From the NCBI GenBank assembly GCA_038231275.1, contig JBBRLQ010000002.1, forward strand, positions 576,001 through 640,000: a DNA stretch of 64,000 bases, written 5' to 3'. This stretch comes from Polyangiales bacterium (GTDB lineage: Bacteria > Myxococcota_A > Polyangia > Polyangiales > Polyangiaceae). Shown here one piece after another: positions 38,797 through 48,445 of the stretch; position 1 is the stretch's first letter; each line of letters opens with the position of its first letter. The notes below the pieces were generated by a model that had not been told where the DNA came from, made no database searches, and saw only the letters and a list, made by a program, of their open reading frames with translations. The position numbers and the translations under genes are program-made.

Positions 38797-39909
38797 CTAC
38801 CCGGTGCGCTCGGCCGCGAGCGGAAGCGTGAAGCGCAGTGCGGTACCTCCGCCCTCGCGCCGCTCTGCCCAGATCCTGCCTCCGTGAGCCTCGACGATGC
38901 ACTTCGAGATGTACAAGCCGAGCCCGTGTCCGCGCCGATCCCTCTTGACCTGCCCGAAGCGCTCGAAGATCGCCTCCTTGTGATCCTCGGGAATGCCCAC
39001 ACCCGTGTCGGTCACGGAGAAACGAACCTCCGAGCCCGTCACCGTGACCGAGGACACGACGCGGCCTCCGGGCTCCGTGAATTTCAGGGCGTTGCTCAGG
39101 ATGTTTGCGAGAACCTGGAGGATGCGATTGTGATCGAAGTTCGCGATGATCGGGTCCAGCGCCATGTCCGCCGCCAGCACGATTTGCTTGGCCGAGAAGG
39201 AAGGCTGGAAGGCTTCGATGGCTTCGTTCACCACTTGGACCGCGTCGTGCGGCTGTAGCGTCACACGGAGCTTGCCCGCTTCGAGGCTCACGACGTCGAG
39301 AAGATCGCCAACGAGTCGGTTCATCCGCGCGGCGCCGCGTTGAATGCGACCGGTCTGCGCCTTCGTCTCTGCGCCGCCATCTTTCTCGGTGGCCGCTCGT
39401 TTGGCGAGCATGGCCGCGCTCATCGCGATGGTCCCGAGGATATTTCGCAGATCGTGGCTGACGATTCCCAGGAAGTCGTCCCGCGTGGCGACGACCTCGT
39501 CTGCGCGCGCGCGCTCGACGAGGAGCCCGTCATCGGTGGCCTCGCGCTCGAGTCGAAGCAGAGCCGAGAGCGCACGCTGGTGCTCTTCGCGATCCGCACG
39601 AAGGCGTTCTTCGGCAATGGTTCGCTCATCGGCGACGACTCTGTCTGCCAACGTGCGCTCGACCTCGACCTCGTGCTGGACCTTCCGCGGCGTGCCCGCC
39701 ACCGCCATGGCCTGATCCGCGAGCTCTCGTGCTTTGCCGAGGGTCTGCTCGGCGCGTTCGCGGGCCACCTCCACGAGGTGATCCTCTTCTTCCTCGGCGG
39801 ACGCTCTTTTCCTGACGAGCTCGGCGTCCGTCCTGATTCGCTCGGCGAGGAGGCTCGCGTCGGTATCTTCGCGCTCCTTCGTCGGCTTCGGCGGATGGGG
39901 ATCGCTCAC
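38797..39909 (-). CDS. Soluble sensor histidine kinase
   Basis: VSHDLRN H-box, NILSNALKFT, DTGVGI, GHGLGL. Coiled-coil N-terminus, no TM. Confidence 0.93.
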   Translation of the reverse strand: MSDPHPPKPTKEREDTDASLLAERIRTDAELVRKRASAEEEEDHLVEVARERAEQTLGKARELADQAMAVAGTPRKVQHEVEVERTLADRVVADERTIAEERLRADREEHQRALSALLRLEREATDDGLLVERARADEVVATRDDFLGIVSHDLRNILGTIAMSAAMLAKRAATEKDGGAETKAQTGRIQRGAARMNRLVGDLLDVVSLEAGKLRVTLQPHDAVQVVNEAIEAFQPSFSAKQIVLAADMALDPIIANFDHNRILQVLANILSNALKFTEPGGRVVSSVTVTGSEVRFSVTDTGVGIPEDHKEAIFERFGQVKRDRRGHGLGLYISKCIVEAHGGRIWAERREGGGTALRFTLPLAAERTG

Positions 39910-39968
39910 GGCGTAATCCTACGCGAGATTCACCGGTGGAGCGATCCTCGCCACCGACACAGGCAGAG

Positions 39969-40493
39969 TCACACCAGCGCGCGCTCGGTCGCTTGGTAGA
40001 GCGCCTTCACGGACGGGCGGCTCAGCGCCAGGAGCGTCGCGATCCCGAGCGCGGTCCCGAACGGCACGTTCAAGCACGTGAGACACGCGACCACGAAGCT
40101 CAGCGTCGAGCGGCGATGGGAGCGAAGGCTGACCCCAGACCACACGACGAGCGCCGCCTTCCCCCACATGAGGAACATCGCGAACGCGCCGATCGCCGCG
40201 AAAATCCCCCCGATCGCCTCGGGCGGCGGCCCGCCAGCACTACCCCCGCTCGGCGGCGGCGCGGTCGCCATCGCGACGCCGAGGATGATGTAGATGACGA
40301 AGAAGAGGCCCATGAGCCCGAGGAAGCCGGCATAGACGAAGTGGAGCACGGCGAGCAGCTTCAGGTGCGATGCGTCCTGCGCCGATGTGTCCGGCGCGTA
40401 CGGGTACGCCTGCTGCGGATAGACCGGGTAGCCAGGCGGGGCGCCATAGGGCCCGGGCGGCGGGTACCTTCGCGGATCGTAGCCTTGATTCAT
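39969..40493 (-). CDS. Hypothetical membrane protein (Pro/Tyr-rich N-terminus)
   Basis: HLKLLAVLHFV, CLNVPFGTALG, 3-4 TM segments. Confidence 0.75.
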   Translation of the reverse strand: MNQGYDPRRYPPPGPYGAPPGYPVYPQQAYPYAPDTSAQDASHLKLLAVLHFVYAGFLGLMGLFFVIYIILGVAMATAPPPSGGSAGGPPPEAIGGIFAAIGAFAMFLMWGKAALVVWSGVSLRSHRRSTLSFVVACLTCLNVPFGTALGIATLLALSRPSVKALYQATERALV

Positions 40494-40637
40494 CGGCCCA
40501 GACCTTAGCGCGCACGCGGCCCTGAGGCGAACGGAGCCGGACGGGACGCAGTGGAGTCCGAGCTGTCAGGCTTCACGTTCGCGATCTCTTGCGCATCCGC
40601 GTCGAGATCCTCCGTGTTCACGGCCACGACGCCCAGC

Positions 40638-41726
40638 TCAGAAGCGCTCTGCGTCGCTCTGCGGCGCTTGCGGCCACGCCTTCGACGCCTGACCGTTGAT
40701 GGTCGTGCCGCCAAAGACGAACGCGGGAACCATGGTGAGCATGTCCACCGGGAACGGCAGCGACGGCGTGCTCGCCTTGTCGAGCGCCTCGATCTCCGCG
40801 GGCGTGAGCTTCACGTCGAGGGCGCCGATGTTGTCGTCCAGCTGCTCGATCGTGCGGGCGCCGATGATCGTCGACGTGACGCCAGGGCGACCCTGGACCC
40901 ACGCGAGCGCGACCCGCGCCACCGTCGTGACATGCGTTTTTGCGATGCCTTCGAGGATGTCGAGGAGGTCGAACGTGCGGTCATCCAGATAGTTCGTCAC
41001 GCGAACGCCGCGCGCCGCCTCGTGCTTTCCTTTGTCGGCCCGCTTGTACTTGCCGCTGAGCGCGCCGCCGCGTAGGGGGCCCCACGGCGTGATGCCGAGC
41101 CCGAGCTCCTGTGCCATCGGGACGAGCTCGCCTTCTACCGTGCGCTGGAGGAGCGAGTATTCGATCTGGAGCGCGACGAGCGGCGACCACGCCCGGAGCG
41201 CGGCCATCGTCTGCGCCTGCGCGACCTTCCACGCCGGCGTGTCGCTGAATCCCAAATAGCGAACCTTGCCCTGCTCGACGAGAGTATCGAGCGCGCGCAT
41301 CGTCTCTTCGATGGGCGTCGTCTTGTCCCAGGCGTGCATCCAATAGAGATCGATGTAGTCGGTGCGAAGTCGGCGGAGCGATTCTTCGCATTGGGCGACG
41401 ATCGCTTTCCGACTCGCGCCACCGCCGTTCGGATCTCCCAAGTAGAGGTTCGTCACGAACTTGGTGGCGATCACCACACGGTCTCGCTTCTTGCGATCGT
41501 GCGCGAGGTGGTCGCCGATGATCACTTCGGAGTGGCCCTTGGTGTAGCCGTTCGCGGTGTCGATGAAGTTGCCCCCCCGCTCGATGTAGCGGTCGAGGAT
41601 GCGGGTTGCGTCCGCCGGCTCCGAGCCCCAGGCCCCCCATTCCTTGCCGAAGGTCATGGTGCCGAGGCAGAACGGACTGACACGAAGCCCCGAGTGACCG
41701 AGCGTGACGTAGTGGGCGAGCGACAT
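40638..41726 (-). CDS. Aldo/keto reductase
   Basis: LGTMTFG, NFIDTANGY, SLRRLRTDYIDLY, GKVRYLG, QIEYSLL, IIGART. Confidence 0.96.
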   Translation of the reverse strand: MSLAHYVTLGHSGLRVSPFCLGTMTFGKEWGAWGSEPADATRILDRYIERGGNFIDTANGYTKGHSEVIIGDHLAHDRKKRDRVVIATKFVTNLYLGDPNGGGASRKAIVAQCEESLRRLRTDYIDLYWMHAWDKTTPIEETMRALDTLVEQGKVRYLGFSDTPAWKVAQAQTMAALRAWSPLVALQIEYSLLQRTVEGELVPMAQELGLGITPWGPLRGGALSGKYKRADKGKHEAARGVRVTNYLDDRTFDLLDILEGIAKTHVTTVARVALAWVQGRPGVTSTIIGARTIEQLDDNIGALDVKLTPAEIEALDKASTPSLPFPVDMLTMVPAFVFGGTTINGQASKAWPQAPQSDAERF

Positions 41727-41776
41727 GCGCTCGTCGTACTGCGTCCGCCTAGTAGCGTCGAGAAGGATGCTTCAGA

Positions 41777-42181
41777 CTATCCTCCGCCCGCCGGGCGCGG
41801 GTCGATGAGGTCGAAGCGGTTGCCGTAGAGATCCTCGAAGACGGCCACGGTGCCGTACGCCTCCTTCGTCGGCGGGCGCACGAACGTCACGCCTCGCGCA
41901 ACCAGGTCCCGGTAGTCTCGCCAGAACTGGTCCGTCTCCAAGAAGACGAAGACTCGGCCGCCGGTTTGGTTTCCGATACAGGTCATCTGCTCTTCCGAAA
42001 CGGCCCGCGCCAGCAGAATGCCTGAACCCGTCGAGCCCGCCGGACGTACACGGACCCAGCGTTTGCCGCCCCCGAGATCCGTGTCCTCGAGGCGCTCGAA
42101 GCCGAGCTTGTCGACATAAAAGGAGAGGGCTTCGTCGTAATCGCGAACGACCACCGAGAACTGGGCGATGTGCTGGGCCAT
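41777..42181 (-). CDS. VOC/glyoxalase family protein
   Basis: VVVRDYDEALSFY, IGNQTGGRVF, AVFEDLYGN. Confidence 0.92.
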   Translation of the reverse strand: MAQHIAQFSVVVRDYDEALSFYVDKLGFERLEDTDLGGGKRWVRVRPAGSTGSGILLARAVSEEQMTCIGNQTGGRVFVFLETDQFWRDYRDLVARGVTFVRPPTKEAYGTVAVFEDLYGNRFDLIDPRPAGGG

Positions 42182-42382
42182 GGCGATGCTACGTGGAGCG
42201 GTTCTTCGCTCCTCGAAGACCTACCACGCCTCGAACAAGAGGACTTAGAGGCCGCCGGTCCGGTGGAATCGTGCGGCCTTCATCGCGTACCGTCCGTCGT
42301 CGCGAGCGCCGTCACCGCATCGAGCCTCAGGTTCTTCCTGATTCCCGCCTCCACCGGCCCCCCTTCGCCGCTGCAGCGCTCC

Positions 42383-42501
42383 GAACGCGCGCGTCGGAGG
42401 AAGCAAGTGCGCAGATGCTCCGTGCGCGCGAGCACGATCGCACCGCGCTCGAGGTGCTTGTCAGACTGATGGGTACCGACATGGAGCTCACGCTCAGGTG
42501 A
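42383..42501 (+). repeat. 119-bp direct repeat copy A (orphan gene 3' end)
   Basis: Aligns without gaps to 44367-44485. Encodes TRASEEASAQMLRAREHDR...LMGTDMELTLR-stop. Confidence 0.9.
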
Positions 42502-42654
42502 CGCGCGAGCTTCGAGCTCCATGTCGCGATCGTCCCAGCGAACGGCGGCGCCGACGATGACGCCATGAAGAACGAGCGCCGCTCCGCGCCCATCGACACG
42601 CGCTCTCGTGTCGCGCGCGTGCTCGCGCCGAAATGGTAAGATCGTCGAAGCATC

Positions 42655-43137
42655 ATGACGGACAGACATCAGACGCGGGCGGCAGAGGCCATGGTCGCCG
42701 CGCTGAAGCGCTTTCAGGACTCCGTCGATTTGTTCGACGCCACGGCCGCCGCCTCCCTGGGGATCAATGCGACGGACCTGCGTTGTTTGACGGCGCTTCG
42801 CGACCGAGGCGCCATGAAAGCCAGTGAAGTGGCGGACGGGCTCGGACTAACGCGCGGAGCGACGACGACGGCGCTCGACCGACTGCAGGCGCGAGATTAT
42901 CTCACGCGCAGCGCGAACGCCGACGACGGGCGCAGCGTGGTCGTGGATTTGACGGACGAAGGGCGGGGTCGCCTCGATGCAATCTGGGGCCCCATGCGAC
43001 GGCGCGGCAGCGAGCATTTGCGGTCGTATTCGGTCCCTGAGCTCCAGCTGCTCGAGCGATTCTTCAACCGGTCTGTCGAGCTGCAGACGCATTGCACCAA
43101 GAACATGCGCGCCTCTGATCGGCGATCGGCCCGCTAG
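42655..43137 (+). CDS. MarR family regulator
   Basis: LGINATDLRCL, GLTRGATTTALDRL, DGRSVVVDLT. Confidence 0.92.
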   Translation: MTDRHQTRAAEAMVAALKRFQDSVDLFDATAAASLGINATDLRCLTALRDRGAMKASEVADGLGLTRGATTTALDRLQARDYLTRSANADDGRSVVVDLTDEGRGRLDAIWGPMRRRGSEHLRSYSVPELQLLERFFNRSVELQTHCTKNMRASDRRSAR

Positions 43138-43143
43138 CGATCG

Positions 43144-43590
43144 TCACTTCTCCGCGTCGATGACCTTTCCGAAGCCGGAGTCCTTCGTCTGGTTCTGGCC
43201 ACGTTTTCCTTGTGCGAACTCGACGGCGTACCCGTCGGGATCGAAAGCCGTCATCGATCGCTCCCACGGCTCGTCGTGCGGGGGCTGGTGGAAGACGACG
43301 CCCTTGCTCTTCAAGTCTTCGTAGAGACCACCCAGGTCATCGGTCGTGAACTCGACATGGATGGCCGACTTCTGCGCCGGTGAGGATGCCTCCACGCCCT
43401 CTTTTTGCGCCTCGGCCATGGCGAGCAGCCCGATCGTACCCGCACCCAGGCGGAGCATCGCGAAGGCAGGCACAGAGTTCCAAGCGACCTTCAGCCCGAG
43501 CTTGCCGCTGTAGAAATCGATCGACCGTTGGACGTCCGCCACAGTCAGCGTCAGGCCCTCGAACCGCATCTTGTCCGTCGTCTCGGGCAT
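43144..43590 (-). CDS. VOC/glyoxalase family protein
   Basis: VADVQRSIDFY, PHDEPW, DPDGYAVEF. Confidence 0.92.
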   Translation of the reverse strand: MPETTDKMRFEGLTLTVADVQRSIDFYSGKLGLKVAWNSVPAFAMLRLGAGTIGLLAMAEAQKEGVEASSPAQKSAIHVEFTTDDLGGLYEDLKSKGVVFHQPPHDEPWERSMTAFDPDGYAVEFAQGKRGQNQTKDSGFGKVIDAEK

Positions 43591-43674
43591 CTCTTTACTC
43601 CACCGTCAGGCGCGGCTTGCGCAAGGTGCTCGATACCCGCGTCACCGCGGCACGGGCTTCACCGAGTCGCCAAT

Positions 43675-43697
43675 TATGGTTTTACAATAAAACCATA
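43675..43697. promoter_or_regulatory. AT-rich inverted repeat, candidate operator
   Basis: TATGGTTTT-ACAAT-AAAACCATA between the divergent VOC and YdeI genes. Confidence 0.5.
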
Positions 43698-43848
43698 TGA
43701 TACGATTGTCAAAGGATCACCGCTTGTGACCGATCCCCTTCGGCACCATCACCCTCCGTCGGATGCAGCGTGAGAGTGTGTAGACGAGGCGGGCGATGCG
43801 AACGTCGTACTCCTGACGCGAACGCGAAGCTGGGCTAAGCGTGATCTC

Positions 43849-44115
43849 GTGAGTAGCCGTAGAGTGCCCGGTGGCGTCGTGCACGAGCTTCCTGAAGACC
43901 TGCGCACGGCCCTGGTCGCCCATCCTGCGGCGCTCGCGGCCTGGAATGACATCACGCCTCTGGCCCGCAACGAGTTCATCTGCTGGGTGGAGGATGCAAA
44001 GCAGGCGAAGACCCGGGAACGCCGCATTCGCCGAACCCGGGAGGAGCTCGAGGAAGGCCAGCGTCGGCCCTGCTGCTGGCCCGGGTGCAGCCACCGCGAA
44101 CGCACCGGAAAGTAG
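43849..44115 (+). CDS. Small YdeI/OmpD-associated protein
   Basis: LPEDL..AL, ITPLARNEFICWVEDAK..TRERRI, RPCCWPGC.HR. Confidence 0.9.
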   Translation: MSSRRVPGGVVHELPEDLRTALVAHPAALAAWNDITPLARNEFICWVEDAKQAKTRERRIRRTREELEEGQRRPCCWPGCSHRERTGK

Positions 44116-44366
44116 CTGCGCGTGTCGTTCCTGCGTGAGCAGGCTCAGCTGCGGACGGGCGGGCGGCGCGTCGAACGAGAGTGTGCCAAAGTAAGACGAG
44201 ATGCCGCGAGCTACGATCCTCCCTGGCCCGCATCGGGGCGATCCGGACGTCGATCCGACCAAGACCGAGCGCTGGGCGCCAAGCTCCGGCGCGCGGCGCA
44301 TGGTCGATCGTGCGAGCTCGCCCTCGGCCTTCCCCGAGGCACGACGTTTCGAGACCATCTATCCTG

Positions 44367-44485
44367 GAACGCGCGCATCGGAGGAAGCCAGCGCGCAGAT
44401 GCTCCGTGCGCGCGAGCACGATCGCGCCGCGCTCGAGAGCCTTGTCAGATTGATGGGCACCGACATGGAGCTCACGCTTCGGTGA
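44367..44485 (+). repeat. 119-bp direct repeat copy B
   Basis: Diverged copy of 42383-42501. Confidence 0.9.
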
Positions 44486-44603
44486 GTGGAGCGAAGCGCA
44501 GCGCAGCGAAACGCTCCTGAATCTCCTGAACCTAACGCGACGCCGCCGGCCCTGGAGAGCTCGGCGACGGACTCCCCTTGCATGCCGCCCATCCGTGCGT
44601 TAC

Positions 44604-44627
44604 ATACTGAACCATATGGTTCAGTAT
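44604..44627. promoter_or_regulatory. Perfect 24-bp palindrome over the ArsR start, probable autoregulatory operator
   Basis: ATACTGAACCATATGGTTCAGTAT. Confidence 0.72.
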
Positions 44628-44981
44628 TCGAAAGCCCGCCTCGATGAATCGTTCGCCGCGCTCTCGGACGCCACCCGACGCGGCGTTCTGGAGCAGCTCG
44701 GACGTGCAGACGCTTCGATCACGGACCTTGCCGAAAAGTTCCACATGACCTTGACGGGCATGAAGAAGCACGTCGGCGTTTTGGAGCAGGCCGGTCTCGT
44801 GACCACGGAGAAGGTCGGTCGCGTGCGGACGTGCAAGCTCGGGCTGCGCCGGCTGGAGGATGAGACGGCGTGGATCGAGAGGTATCGCCAGCTATGGGAC
44901 GCCCGCTTCGACGAGCTGGACAAGGTTATCGATGAACTGAAACGGAAGGAGAAGGTCGATGGACGCAAGAAAAGACAGTGA
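44616..44981 (+). CDS. ArsR/SmtB family regulator
   Basis: FAALSDATRR...MKKHVGVLEQAGLV..EKVGRVR. Confidence 0.92.
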   Translation: MVQYSKARLDESFAALSDATRRGVLEQLGRADASITDLAEKFHMTLTGMKKHVGVLEQAGLVTTEKVGRVRTCKLGLRRLEDETAWIERYRQLWDARFDELDKVIDELKRKEKVDGRKKRQ

Positions 44982-45479
44982 GCCCACCCCCATGAAGAAC
45001 CGCACGACGGTGAACGGAAGTCCGAGCGTGAGCTCGTCGTCACGCGAGCCTTCAACGGCCCGGCGCGCATCGTGTTCGAGGCGTGGACCAAGCCCGAGCT
45101 GCTCAAGCAGTGGTGGGTACCGAAGTCGAGTGGCTTGTCCTTGCTTTCCTGCGAGGCGGATGCGCGTGTCGGGGGCAGGTACCGTTTGGTGTTCAGCCAC
45201 GGCGCCTCGACCATGGAGTTCTTCGGTAGGTACCTCGAAGCGACACCGCACTCGCGCCTCGTGTGGACCAACGACGAAGGTGGTGACGGTGGGGCCGTCA
45301 CGACAGTGACCTTCGAGGAAAAGGGCGGCAAGACGCTGGTGGTCATGCGCGATCTCTATCCCTCGAAGGAAGCTCTCGACGCTGCGATCGCCTCCGGGGC
45401 GACGGCCGGGCTGCCCGAGACGCTCGAGCAACTGGAGGAGCTTCTCGTCACCCTCGGCGCGAGCATGGGACGGGCCTGA
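44959..45479 (+). pseudogene. SRPBCC/AHSA1-like gene with a 1-bp frameshift near 45012
   Basis: MDARKDSEPTPMKNRTTV, then restoring one G (GTG GAA CGG AAG TCC) gives ERKSERELVVTRAFNGPARIVFEAWTKPE in frame with 45072-45479. Confidence 0.8.
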
Positions 45480-45640
45480 GGTCATCGACCTACCGCATTA
45501 TTTAGCCTCTACGCAAATGATTTAGGCTTGCAAACATTAGCATGTGCGCTAAACGTTGTCTCGCGATGACCGTGGGGGCGCCGCCGTCGACGACCGAAGA
45601 TCCCCGCATCCGTGACCGCCACGTAGAAAGGAGCCAGAAC

Positions 45641-45979
45641 ATGAGCGCAGACGTGAAAAAGCCGATGTGGGTGCACTGCATTTACCGCCCAAAGGTCGGC
45701 CAGGAAGAGGCGCTCTTCGCCCTGGTCAAGAAGCACTGGCCGGCGGTCCGCCGCTCCGGGCTCGGCGCGGACGCGAAGCCAATCGTCTACCGCGCGACCG
45801 ACAAGCGAACCGGGCGCCCGTTCTTCGTGGAGATCTTCGCGTGGCGCGACGAGGACGCGCCGCGCCTCGCCCACCAGACGCCCGAGATGATGGCGATCTG
45901 GGAGCCGATGGGGCCGATGATCGAAGGCGGCCCCTCGCCGGAGCTCGCGGTCCTCGAAGCCGTGAGTGTCGAAGAGTAG
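45641..45979 (+). CDS. Small hypothetical protein (dimeric alpha-beta barrel-like)
   Basis: AGGAG RBS, IYRPKVGQEEAL..LV..HW, FVEIFAW...AHQTPE..IW. Confidence 0.7.
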   Translation: MSADVKKPMWVHCIYRPKVGQEEALFALVKKHWPAVRRSGLGADAKPIVYRATDKRTGRPFFVEIFAWRDEDAPRLAHQTPEMMAIWEPMGPMIEGGPSPELAVLEAVSVEE

Positions 45980-46331
45980 TGCCGAGGAGCGCCTCGACGC
46001 GCTCGAGGCCGTGTGCGCCGCGCTTGCCCACGCGGCGCGGCGTCAGATCCTGCTCACCGTGCACTTTCGGGGCGGAGCGATGCCGGCGGGGGAGATCGCG
46101 GGGCGCTTCGCACACGCGTGGCCAACGACGACGCGCCACTTGAAGGTGCTCGAAGCGGCCGGCTTGCTCGTCCACGAGAAGGTCGGTCGCACGGTGGTCT
46201 ACTCCATCAACCGCGAGCGCCTGGCGGTGCTCCAGGAGTGGCTCGCGTGGTTCGGGCCGTTGCCGGAGCGCGCCCCGCCGCAAGGCGACGCCCCGCGGCG
46301 CGCGAAAACGAGAACCGCGCGGCACGATTAG
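45966..46331 (+). CDS. ArsR/SmtB family regulator
   Basis: ALAHAARRQIL...WPTTTRHLKVLEAAGL..EKVGR. Confidence 0.9.
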   Translation: MSKSSAEERLDALEAVCAALAHAARRQILLTVHFRGGAMPAGEIAGRFAHAWPTTTRHLKVLEAAGLLVHEKVGRTVVYSINRERLAVLQEWLAWFGPLPERAPPQGDAPRRAKTRTARHD

Positions 46332-46372
46332 ACCGTTTGGAAAGTTCGAACTGGACACTGGGAGAAGAAGCG

Positions 46373-46774
46373 ATGCCGCGAGCGAAAAACCCCTCCAACG
46401 CCGTGCTCAAGGACCTGCGCGCGTACGGCCTGGCGTACCCCGGAGCTCACACGAAGAGCCCTTGGCCGGGTCACCTCGATCTGGCGGTCAACGACAAGAC
46501 GTTCGCGTACTTAAACGTGGAGGGCGAGCCGTTCGGGATCTCGTGCAAGCTCCCGCACTCCGCCGCGGCCGCGTTGATGCTCCCGTTCGTAACGCCCACC
46601 GCCTATGGCCTGGGGAAGAGCGGGTGGGTCTCGGCCAAGTTCCCCGAGGGGAAGCCGCTGCCGGTCGACATGCTCAAGTCGTGGATCGACGAGAGTTACC
46701 GCGCGCAGGCGCCGAAGAAGCTCGTGGCCACGCTGCCGTCGAAGGGCGCAGTGTTCGCGTACCGCTCGAGGTAG
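46373..46774 (+). CDS. MmcQ/YjbR family protein
   Basis: PWPG..LAVNDKTFA, YGLGKSGWV, WIDESYRAQAPKKL. Confidence 0.88.
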   Translation: MPRAKNPSNAVLKDLRAYGLAYPGAHTKSPWPGHLDLAVNDKTFAYLNVEGEPFGISCKLPHSAAAALMLPFVTPTAYGLGKSGWVSAKFPEGKPLPVDMLKSWIDESYRAQAPKKLVATLPSKGAVFAYRSR

Positions 46775-46866
46775 ACGCGCGTGGACGTACAGATAGCGGC
46801 AGCGGGCACCGACGATCAAACGCGTGCGGCGATATCGACGCCGCGGGGTCGGCGTGCGCGCAGCTG
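46757..46866 (+). pseudogene. Internally deleted relic of the GNAT gene at 57887-58384
   Basis: 46757-46819 matches 57863-57925 (2 mismatches). 46825-46866 matches 58164-58205 (2 mismatches). Confidence 0.85.
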
Positions 46867-47010
46867 GCTTCCAGCGGCCGTCGCACGGGGCTGTCCCCGG
46901 CACCCTTCGCATCCAGTCTTTCGCGCGTCATCCTGCGATGTGCGTCAGGGGCGCCGAAAAGATCTCGTGGCGCTGGCCGATTTCCGCTTTTCCCGCGCTA
47001 CAATGGAAAG

Positions 47011-48246
47011 ATGCGCCTGATCCACGCGCTCGCGCTCATGCCGCTCGCGGCATGTACGTCACTCGCCGGCCTCTCCGCGAGCGATCCGCCTTCGGGTGAC
47101 GACGCGGGAGACTCCGGAAATGGAGTGCCCGACTCGTCGATTCCGCCCACCCCGCCCGGCAACGACGCCGCATCGGATACCGCGACGCCGGACGGAGGAT
47201 GCTCCGGTGCATCGTGCGGGCCGGCGTGCGACGGCGGGCTGACCTCATGCTCGGGAGCATGTGTCGACACGCGGGTGGACAAGCTGAACTGCGGCGCTTG
47301 CGGCCACTCGTGCCTCGGCGCCACGTGCACCGCGGGCAAATGCGATCCGGTCACCCTCACGACGACGCTCGCTCTGCCCTCGGCCGTTCGTGGCGTGGGC
47401 CAGAACCTGTACGTCCTTCGCACGGGCGGGATCGATCGCGTTCCAAAGGCCGGCGGCGCTCCGGTCTCCCTCGTTACCCCCGGCACGTTGAGCGGCGTCG
47501 TATCGCTGCCCTACGCCCTCGCCGTCGATCCCAACTACGCCTACTTCTTCGCGGCGGGCGGCGCTGCGACCACGGTCTTCCGGTGCGCGCTCGGCGGATG
47601 CTTCACCATTCCCCAGGCGCTGGTCCCGACCGGCATCTCCAACCCGCTCGCGATCGATGTGGACGCGACGACCCTCGCGTGGGGCGCGACCTACCAGGAG
47701 ATCAAGTCCTGCGCGAGCGCGAGCTGCACCGCCGCGAGCACGCTCGCCCCGTCCGAAGAGGGGAGGACGCAGATCTCGCTGACGAAGGGCTACGTCGTCT
47801 GGGCGAACGAGTTCAATCGCGCGGTCTACCGTTGCGAGCGCGTCGGTTGCACCGCGCCCACCGAGCTCGCCGGCTCCAACGTGCTGGCGTCGCCGCCGGG
47901 CCCGCTCGTCGTGTACGGAGACACTGCTTATTTTGCGACGAGCGCGTCGATCTACTCCTGCGCGGTCGCGGGGTGCGGAGGCGCACCGACCGCGATCGCC
48001 CAGATGCCCGGCGTCGCATCGGCGATCGCGGCAGATGCGTCGGGGGTCTATTGGACGGTCCCCGCCGCGGGCAACGCGGGAGTGGTGGCTTCGTGCGGCG
48101 CCGGCAAGACCTGCGGGGCAACCCCTGTCCTCGTCGCGTCTGCGCGCGCCAACCCGGTCTCCTTGGCCCTGGACGACACCGCGGTTTATTGGGTCGAGGC
48201 AGACGGCGCGAACAACAAGGGAAGCGCGTTCAAGCTCGCAAAGTGA
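47011..48246 (+). CDS. Myxobacterial-type lipoprotein with STIG1-like Cys motif and beta-propeller-like repeats
   Basis: Lipobox LAAC, CSGACVDT..D..NCGACGHSC, repeated (I/L)A.D...VYW. Confidence 0.8.
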   Translation: MRLIHALALMPLAACTSLAGLSASDPPSGDDAGDSGNGVPDSSIPPTPPGNDAASDTATPDGGCSGASCGPACDGGLTSCSGACVDTRVDKLNCGACGHSCLGATCTAGKCDPVTLTTTLALPSAVRGVGQNLYVLRTGGIDRVPKAGGAPVSLVTPGTLSGVVSLPYALAVDPNYAYFFAAGGAATTVFRCALGGCFTIPQALVPTGISNPLAIDVDATTLAWGATYQEIKSCASASCTAASTLAPSEEGRTQISLTKGYVVWANEFNRAVYRCERVGCTAPTELAGSNVLASPPGPLVVYGDTAYFATSASIYSCAVAGCGGAPTAIAQMPGVASAIAADASGVYWTVPAAGNAGVVASCGAGKTCGATPVLVASARANPVSLALDDTAVYWVEADGANNKGSAFKLAK

Positions 48247-48445
48247 GTCGGTCTTCCCGCCGGGCCCGATGGGTTCGCCGCCGGGGCGCGCACGGCGCGG
48301 CGATCTACCCTGATTCGTGCATCGCGCAGGCCGCCGCCGCGCTACCTACGCGCGTTGGGCGACAACGCGACTTTCGGGGCACGATCGCGGACGATGCAGC
48401 AGTAGCGCGACGCGACGATCGCGCTGAGGTTATAAGCGGAGTGCC

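Noticed and set aside
42193-42501. 102-aa ORF as an intact gene
   Set aside because: Only the last 38 codons look constrained. The 5' part is Arg/Pro-rich and is not shared with the second copy.
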